From Anthoceros angustus (taxonomy: Eukaryota > Plantae > Anthocerotophyta), in NCBI GenBank assembly GCA_010909165.1, contig MU008166.1, forward strand, positions 372,001 through 436,000: a stretch of 64,000 nucleotides of DNA, given 5' to 3'. The notes under the pieces were generated by a model. The model searched no databases. It was not told the DNA's origin and saw only the letters and a list, made by a program, of their open reading frames with translations. Position 1 is the first letter of the stretch. Each line of letters opens with the position of its first letter. The position numbers and the translations under genes were made by a program. Shown piece after piece: positions 61,277 to 64,000 of this stretch.

Positions 61277-64000
61277 TCAAGTCTTACCATGGATAATCTC
61301 TCGTTCCTTCAACAACTGCCCATTAATTGCTTCCAGCATTTTGTAGACCTCCTCGTTTTGTTGGTGTGTACAGTCGCCTACCATGAACATGCTCAACCCT
61401 TTCTCATGCTCAATCCAGCTGTAAGCTGGCGTTTTCAATGTTGCACCTGCTCTCCACCGTAAGTTCTCTATCCCTTCAGCGCTGGACCACATGCCAGCAT
61501 CAACATAGATGTGAGACATTACCACATATTGTGAAGCCTGCCTCGGCTCTAAAAGCATCAAGCAGTCAAAAGCTTGCCTTCCCAGCACAACGTTGCCATG
61601 CTTCCGACAGGCAGCCAGCAATGCCGACCAAACAGCCCAATTGGGTTGCATTGGCATTTCCAAGAGCAAGTCTTCGACCTTGGTGAAGAGTCCTGCTCGG
61701 CCAAGGAGGTCAATCATACAGACATAATGCTCAGTGGTAGCACTGATGCTATAGTCCTTCCTCATGGACTCGAAGTACCTGAGACCTTGCTCCACCTTCC
61801 CAGCGTGGCTGCATGCTGAGAGAAGCGATAGGAACGTAACACCAGTAGCCTTAAAGCCTTCCCTTTCCATTTGCTCAAAGCACAGGACGCTGGATTCAAA
61901 ATCTCCTTGTCGTGCATAGCCGGCAATTAATGCAGTCCATGCCACGACATCGACCCGTGGTAGTCCGTCGAACACTGTCTGGGCACGGGCCATGCTGCCA
62001 CATTTGCCATATGCGTGAATGAGAGCTGTTAACACTTTAAGACTGCAGGCATAGCCAGTAGACTCTACATCTTGGTGGACCTGACTGCACATTCTGAGAG
62101 CTCCTATGTTGCTGCATGCCTTCAGCACCCACACAAGTGATGCTTCATCGGGCCGGACACCTTGCTCCAGCATTTTAGCATAAAGCTGTATTGCTTTCTC
62201 TCCTTGTTCTTGCTCAACATAACCTCCAAGCATAGCATTCCAAGACACCACATCGCATTTGAGGGAAGTGTAAAATATCTCCATCGCTTCGTCGATACTG
62301 CCACACTTCGCATACATACTGACCAGAGCACTGCCAACAAATACGTCAGACGCATAGCCATTTTTAATTGCCTCGGCATGAATTGCCTTCCCCTTCTCCA
62401 GAGATTTCACTTTGACAAACTTGCCAGAGCCAACAAGGACACTATCCTCCATATCTGCCAGGCTAGTACATGCTTTAAGAACCGTGGCAAATGTCCAAAC
62501 GTCTGGCCTCATCCCTTCTTCTTGCATTTGAGCAAAAAGATGCAAAGCCTTTTCTTCCTGCCGATGCTGAGTGAATCCTGATATCATTGCATTCCATGAC
62601 ACCAGACCACGCTCAGGTAAAGTATTAAAAACATGTAAGGCACTTTCAATGCTGCCACATTTTGCATACATACTCACCAAGGTGTTGCCAACAAACACAT
62701 CTGACCCATACCCACTTCGAGCAGCGTCAGCATGAATTGCCATCCCTCTGTCCAGGGACTGCATTTTGGTCGACATCCCATCCCAAAGTGTCTCTGCTTC
62801 CAGTTCTCCCAAGATAGCACATGCTTGCAGCACGCTGACAAATGTCCGATGGCTCGGTTTCACACCTTCCTTTTGCATTTGGCCATAAAGCTCCAGAGCT
62901 TTGCTTGGTTGATCCTTTTGAGCATATCCTGAAATCAATGCATTCCACAACACCACGTTGCACTTGGGCAGTGCCCGGAAAACATCGTGAGCATCCACCA
63001 TGCTCCCACACTTCGCATAAAGATGAACGAGCGTGCTCCCAACATACGTATCAGATCCATATCCATGTCTTAGGATTTCGCCATGAATCCACCTTGCTTG
63101 TTCCAGGTCTGGTAAACTGCTGCATGCTTTGAGTAGGTTGACGAAAGTGAAGCTGTTTGGATGCACACCGTCTTGCTGCGACAACCTACGGAACACCTGC
63201 AGGCCATCCACAAGACTGCCACACTGGACCAGAGTGTTTACAAGATGCTCTGCCAGAAACTTGTGACAATCCATCCCGTTCTTGACCATGTCAGCATGCA
63301 CTTGCTTGGCCTCAATCAGCGCTTTGTTTTTCCTGCATGCCCGCATGAGTTGAGAATAAGTTTCCACGGAAGGCACTCTTCCGTCCCGGCCCATCTGGTG
63401 CATAGCATCCAACGCCAAGCTTAGCTGCCCATCTCTGCAGAGATTTTGCAACCCATGATCATCCTTACATTCACCCTGCACCCTGCAAACAACTCAGTGC
63501 TTGTTTGCTCAGGAAAACGGAAACTTGCCTCTCCAAAGCATGAATCAATCAGACCCACGATCAAATCCTACTCACCGAGCAGGAGGCCTACTTTGACTGC
63601 CCAGTGTGGCCAGCTGAGAATCCACCCAAGGAGGCTTGTACCTGCCATCTACCCAGAGAACCTCCTTGGACGACTTATGAGTGAAGTCGGGACTTCTAGG
63701 GCCATTCTGTACCAACAGCAACCGATTATGCTCACAACAACGTAGAGGATATGGGACGAGCCAAAGAGCACACATTGTGTAGCAGCCTCACCTTGCTTAG
63801 CCTGTCGTCCCACCACTGCGAGGGATCAGAAAAGAACTTCTGCCAGATCCTTTCTACGACAATTGCTGGCTGTACCTTTCTGGCTCCCTCGTCTGCACAT
63901 AAATCTGAAGAAGCCATCGCTCCTCTGCCCATCGCATGCCCATTTTTTCTACACACACCGGGACTAGAATAGGCTACTACTTCAGCACCGTTCCACCAAA
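61277..64000 (-). CDS. PDF (OSB-type) motif fused to a PLS-PPR-E/E+ protein; the 5' end may lie beyond the window
   Basis: Exons >=64000-63792, 63706-63576 and 63482-61277 join in frame (AAG|GTGAGG...ACAG|AAT and CG|GTGAGT...GCAG|G GTG). This gives WQKFFSDPSQWWDDRLSK|NGPRSPDFTHKSSKEVLWVDGRYKPPWV followed by the 734-aa PLS array. Confidence 0.85.

Overview
Eukaryotic nuclear DNA from a non-seed land plant. Compact genes with short GT-AG introns and many PLS-class PPR genes carrying the PGxSWWTD (WW-type) box point to a hornwort, or possibly a fern (inference). About 1.6-36 kb and 40.5-47 kb are a nest of degenerate mobile elements: a CRE-like RLE non-LTR retrotransposon, Ty3/gypsy gag/protease remnants, a Ty1/copia RNase H plus LTR, a CACTA-like subterminal repeat array, and a family of ~3.7-kb TG...CA elements with 5-bp TSDs that carry their own ORF. 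Intact-looking host genes are a DBP10/DDX54-type DEAD-box helicase (RH29), a pectate lyase, an A1 aspartic protease, an alkaline-ceramidase-like membrane protein and a cluster of PLS-PPR genes and pseudogenes. The most notable signal is at the right edge: two small exons encoding an OSB-type PDF ssDNA-binding motif splice in frame onto a PLS-E PPR editing-factor-type ORF. Many local tandem duplications with dense 1-bp indels suggest noisy long-read assembly, so frameshifts and copy numbers should be treated with caution. All calls come from reading motifs by eye; no searches were run.
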